Below are positions 17,757-20,907 of a stretch of 20,907 nucleotides of DNA, piece by piece (within the stretch, counting starts at the first letter, position 1; every line of letters starts with the position of its first letter). The stretch covers positions 1 to 20,907 of the forward strand of contig JBMORA010000026.1 of assembly GCA_049320885.1 (NCBI GenBank), given 5' to 3'. Source of the DNA: Thermodesulfobacteriota bacterium. Its GTDB lineage: Bacteria; Desulfobacterota; Desulfobacteria; Desulfobacterales; SURF-7. The notes under the pieces are model-generated. The model was not told the DNA's origin. It made no database searches and saw nothing but the letters and a program-made list of their open reading frames with translations. The position numbers and the translations under genes are program-made.

Positions 17757-18938
17757 ATGAACCCGAAACGGGCAGAAAGCCTTCGGATCGCAAAGCGGGC
17801 GGCGGATATGCCGCCCTTTATCGTCATGGAGGTGCTGGAAAAAGCAGAAGCCATGGCGCGGAAGGGAATCCGCATTCTCCACCTCGAGGTGGGCGAACCG
17901 GATTTCGATACGCCCGGATGCGTGAAGGCGGAAGTTTGCCGTGCGCTTGAAAACGGCCACACCCATTACACGCACAGCCTCGGTCATTACGGTCTGCGGG
18001 AAGCAATCAGCCGTCATTACGCATCAACTTACGGTGTCGCGGTCGAGCCGGATCAGGTGATCATCACTTCCGGCACTTCGCCGGCCATGTTTCTCCTGTT
18101 TGCCGCGCTTATCGAAAGCGGCGATCAGGTCATTGTTTCCGACCCCCATTACGCCTGTTACCCCAATTTCATCCGGTTCATGCAGGGCGAACCGGTATTC
18201 GTGCCGGTCCATGAAACCGAAGGATTTCAATACCGGCCGGAAGAGATCCGCGCAAAGATCGGTCCCGCGACCAGGGCCGTTATCATCAATTCCCCCTCCA
18301 ATCCCACCGGCAACCTGTTGTCGGCGGAACGTATCAAAGCCATCGCCGAATTGCCGCCGGTCATCATATCCGATGAAATCTATCATGGGCTTGTATACGA
18401 AGGCAAGGAACACTCCGTTCTGGAATTCACCGACAACGCCTTTGTACTAAACGGCTTCTCGAAACTGTACGCCATGACGGGTTTGCGCCTGGGCTATCTG
18501 ATCGCCCCCAAGCCCTTTGTCCGGCCCATCCAGAAAATCCAGCAGAATTTTTTCATATCCGCCAATGCCGTCATGCAGCAGGCAGGAATAAAGGCCCTTA
18601 CGGAAAGCGGTGGGGATATCACCCGGATGAAGGCCGTTTATGACCAACGCAGAAAATACATGCTCTCCCGTTTGAAGAAAATGGGATTCGGGATCACCAT
18701 TGAACCCACCGGTGCCTTTTACATTTTCGCCAACGCCAGAGCCTTTTCAACCGATTCCTATGGCCTGGCTTTTGATATTCTGGAAAAAGCCCATGTGGGC
18801 GTTGCCCCCGGAATTGATTTCGGACAAAACGGGGAGGGATACCTCCGCTTTTCCTATGCCAATTCCATGGAAATCATCACCGAGGCCATGGACCGGCTCG
18901 AACATTATCTTGGAAGGACGACGCCCGCAATATCATGA
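17757..18938 (+). CDS. PLP-dependent aminotransferase class I/II (aspartate aminotransferase Ib type)
   Basis: LEVGEPDFDTP, HYTHSLG, INSPSNPTG, ISDEIY, NGFSKLYAMTGLRLGY (PLP lysine) and GYLRFSYA. Confidence 0.93.
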   Translation: MNPKRAESLRIAKRAADMPPFIVMEVLEKAEAMARKGIRILHLEVGEPDFDTPGCVKAEVCRALENGHTHYTHSLGHYGLREAISRHYASTYGVAVEPDQVIITSGTSPAMFLLFAALIESGDQVIVSDPHYACYPNFIRFMQGEPVFVPVHETEGFQYRPEEIRAKIGPATRAVIINSPSNPTGNLLSAERIKAIAELPPVIISDEIYHGLVYEGKEHSVLEFTDNAFVLNGFSKLYAMTGLRLGYLIAPKPFVRPIQKIQQNFFISANAVMQQAGIKALTESGGDITRMKAVYDQRRKYMLSRLKKMGFGITIEPTGAFYIFANARAFSTDSYGLAFDILEKAHVGVAPGIDFGQNGEGYLRFSYANSMEIITEAMDRLEHYLGRTTPAIS

Positions 18939-19564
18939 TCATCAAATCCGCCGAATTCGTGACAAGCGCCGTAAACCCGTCCCAATACCCGCAGGAATCG
19001 CTGCCGGAAATTGCTTTTGTCGGACGATCCAACGTCGGCAAGTCCTCCCTGATCAATACCCTTGTCCATCGCAAACACCTGGTAAAAACCAGCTCCACTC
19101 CAGGGCGAACGCAGCTGGTCAATTTCTTCGACATCAACCGGTCCTTCACGTTTGTCGATCTTCCCGGCTACGGGTATGCGAAGGTTCCCGCCGCCATCCA
19201 GAAAAAATGGGCCCCCATGATCGAAACCTATCTTTCCGGACGAAAGACCCTGAAAGGCGCGGTGGTGATCCTGGATATCCGGCGGACGCCCGGACAGACG
19301 GAACTGGAACTGCTGGCCTGGCTGGCCCATTATCATATCCCCGGACCGCTGGTGCTTACCAAGGCGGATAAATTCAGCCGCGGACGTCAGGCGGTCCGGC
19401 ACCGGGAAATCGCGGAAACCCTGGGCGTCGATAAAGACCGGTTGCTGTTGTTTTCCGCCAAAACCGGCCAGGGGAAAGAGCGGGTCTGGGAGATAATCGA
19501 GCCGCTCGTCAGCGGAGATGTCACTCCGATTCACGCAACAACATCGGGTATGGTGGCACCATGA
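18935..19564 (+). CDS. engB: ribosome biogenesis GTP-binding protein YihA/YsxC
   Basis: PEIAFVGRSNVGKSSLIN, TSSTPGRTQ, FVDLPGYGYA and LTKADK. Confidence 0.97.
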   Translation: MIIKSAEFVTSAVNPSQYPQESLPEIAFVGRSNVGKSSLINTLVHRKHLVKTSSTPGRTQLVNFFDINRSFTFVDLPGYGYAKVPAAIQKKWAPMIETYLSGRKTLKGAVVILDIRRTPGQTELELLAWLAHYHIPGPLVLTKADKFSRGRQAVRHREIAETLGVDKDRLLLFSAKTGQGKERVWEIIEPLVSGDVTPIHATTSGMVAP

Positions 19565-20487
19565 ATCCACATCAGGACAAGTCATCGCCCCCAGTCGTTT
19601 CAATGGATTATAAATCCGGCTTTGTGGCGATTATCGGCGCGCCCAACGCCGGCAAGTCGACCCTGCTGAACCGGTTTCTAGGGCAGAAAATATCCATCAC
19701 TTCCCGGAAACCCCAGACCACGCGCAACCGCATCCTGGGGGTGATGCATCTCCCGAAAGCCCAAATGATATTCATCGATACGCCCGGAATCCACAAAACC
19801 AGGGAGGATTTCAATGCCAAAATGGTGGAACGGGCCTTTGCCGCTCTCGAGGACGTAGACCTCATATTGGCAATGGCGGACGCCGCCGATCCGGACGTCG
19901 AATCCGAAAACCTGTTTGTCAATCACCTGAAAGGGCTCCGCAAGCCGGTAATCCTGGCCTTGAACAAGATCGACCGCCTGGATAAGGATAGGCTGCCGGG
20001 CCTTGCGGCTTCATGGTCGGCCGTCCATCCTTTTCTGGCCGTCATTCCCATTTCCGCCCGTCACGGCACAAGGATGCCGGAGCTTCTTGAAATCATGGAG
20101 ACCGCCCTGCCCCAGGGACCACCCCTCTTCCCCGACGAAACGCTGACGGACATGTCCGAACGGTTCATCACCGGTGAAATGATCCGGGAAAAGGTTTTTC
20201 GGCTGACCGGGCAGGAAATCCCTTACGCCACCGCCGTAACCGTGGAACGCTTCACGGAAAAAAAAGGCGGCAGCCTGATCAGCATCGACGCCGTCATTCA
20301 TCTCGAAAAGGATTCCCAGAAGGGCATCCTGATCGGCAAGGGTGGAAGCAAACTGAAGCAGATCGGCGAGGCCGCCCGGAAGGACATTGAACGGATGACC
20401 GGAGCCAAGGTATATCTGAAGCTTTTCGTGCGGGTCCAGAAAAACTGGAGCAAAGACACCAGGGCGCTGCAACGATTCGGTTACTGA
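19561..20487 (+). CDS. era: GTPase Era
   Basis: KSGFVAIIGAPNAGKSTL, KPQTTR, DTPG, NKID and KH domain SQKGILIGKGG..LK.IG..AR. Start is 19561 (ATGA overlap) or 19603. Confidence 0.97.
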   Translation: MNPHQDKSSPPVVSMDYKSGFVAIIGAPNAGKSTLLNRFLGQKISITSRKPQTTRNRILGVMHLPKAQMIFIDTPGIHKTREDFNAKMVERAFAALEDVDLILAMADAADPDVESENLFVNHLKGLRKPVILALNKIDRLDKDRLPGLAASWSAVHPFLAVIPISARHGTRMPELLEIMETALPQGPPLFPDETLTDMSERFITGEMIREKVFRLTGQEIPYATAVTVERFTEKKGGSLISIDAVIHLEKDSQKGILIGKGGSKLKQIGEAARKDIERMTGAKVYLKLFVRVQKNWSKDTRALQRFGY

Positions 20488-20907
20488 TGATCCTCTCCTA
20501 TCACCCCTGCTTTGAAGGCGACCGCAATATTCTCTGCGCCGGACGCGATCCGGACGATACCGACCTGGCCGCCATCCAAATGGCCGAAGCCGTCATTCTT
20601 CCCCAGGGTTGCCGGCAGTCCCTGTTTGAGATGGCCCGCCTGCATGCGCGGCACGTTTTCCCGGATTACAGCGCGCGTTTCCGGTATCCGGGGAAAATCG
20701 GCCAGCTCCGACTGTTCCATGAAACGGCGACATGGCACCCCGCATCCCGGGCTTACCGTTCTGTCCGGGAATTTTCCCGGGAAACCGGGGAATCATCCCA
20801 TCTGCCCGCGGGGTTCCGCTTTCCGGCAGTTTTCAAATTCGATTGGGGCGGAGAGGGCGATACGGTGTTTTTCCTTCAAAATTCGTCCGACCTGCGCCGC
20901 ATCTTTG
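20487..20907 (+). CDS. ATP-grasp (RimK / glutathione synthase-like) protein, 3'-truncated; absent from the ORF track
   Basis: TGATG overlap with era. The frame is open to the window end: MILSYHPCFEGDRNILCAGRDPD...AVILPQGC...VFPDYSARFRYPGKIGQLRLF...HP...FPAVFKFDWGGEGDTVF, where P-x-V-x-K-x-x-x-G-x-x-G-x-x-V is the ATP-grasp loop. Confidence 0.75.
   Translation, partial: MILSYHPCFEGDRNILCAGRDPDDTDLAAIQMAEAVILPQGCRQSLFEMARLHARHVFPDYSARFRYPGKIGQLRLFHETATWHPASRAYRSVREFSRETGESSHLPAGFRFPAVFKFDWGGEGDTVFFLQNSSDLRRIF

Noticed and set aside
17757..18938. Aminotransferase as HisC because it follows hisG
   Set aside because: Its motifs (GEPDF, GFSKxYAMTG) are of the aspartate aminotransferase Ib type, not HisC (NENP, RTFSKAxGLAG); adjacency alone is insufficient.

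Overview
GC-rich chromosomal segment of a dissimilatory sulfate reducer (Desulfobacterota, probably Desulfobacterales-like; inferred from gene content and protein motifs). Left to right: a 5'-truncated HlyC/CorC (CNNM-CBS-CorC) protein; a small ERR-motif ORF behind a sigma70 promoter overlapped by two NrdR-like boxes; a minus-strand MarR + two-subunit 2-hydroxyacyl-CoA dehydratase / class I benzoyl-CoA reductase-family operon, whose smaller subunit has the six-Cys pattern of double-cubane [8Fe-9S] proteins; a divergent orphan V4R-PAS hybrid histidine kinase; a DUF1285-like gene divergent from a small coiled-coil protein + DUF3786 pair, with an FNR-like palindrome between them; the complete dsrT-dsrMKJOP operon with promoter and terminator; exonuclease I plus a membrane/coiled-coil protein; and a tightly coupled hisI-hisG-aminotransferase-engB-era-ATP-grasp operon running off the right end. 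No mobile elements, CRISPR arrays, tRNA or rRNA genes were seen. All family assignments come from recognising motifs by eye, not from database searches.
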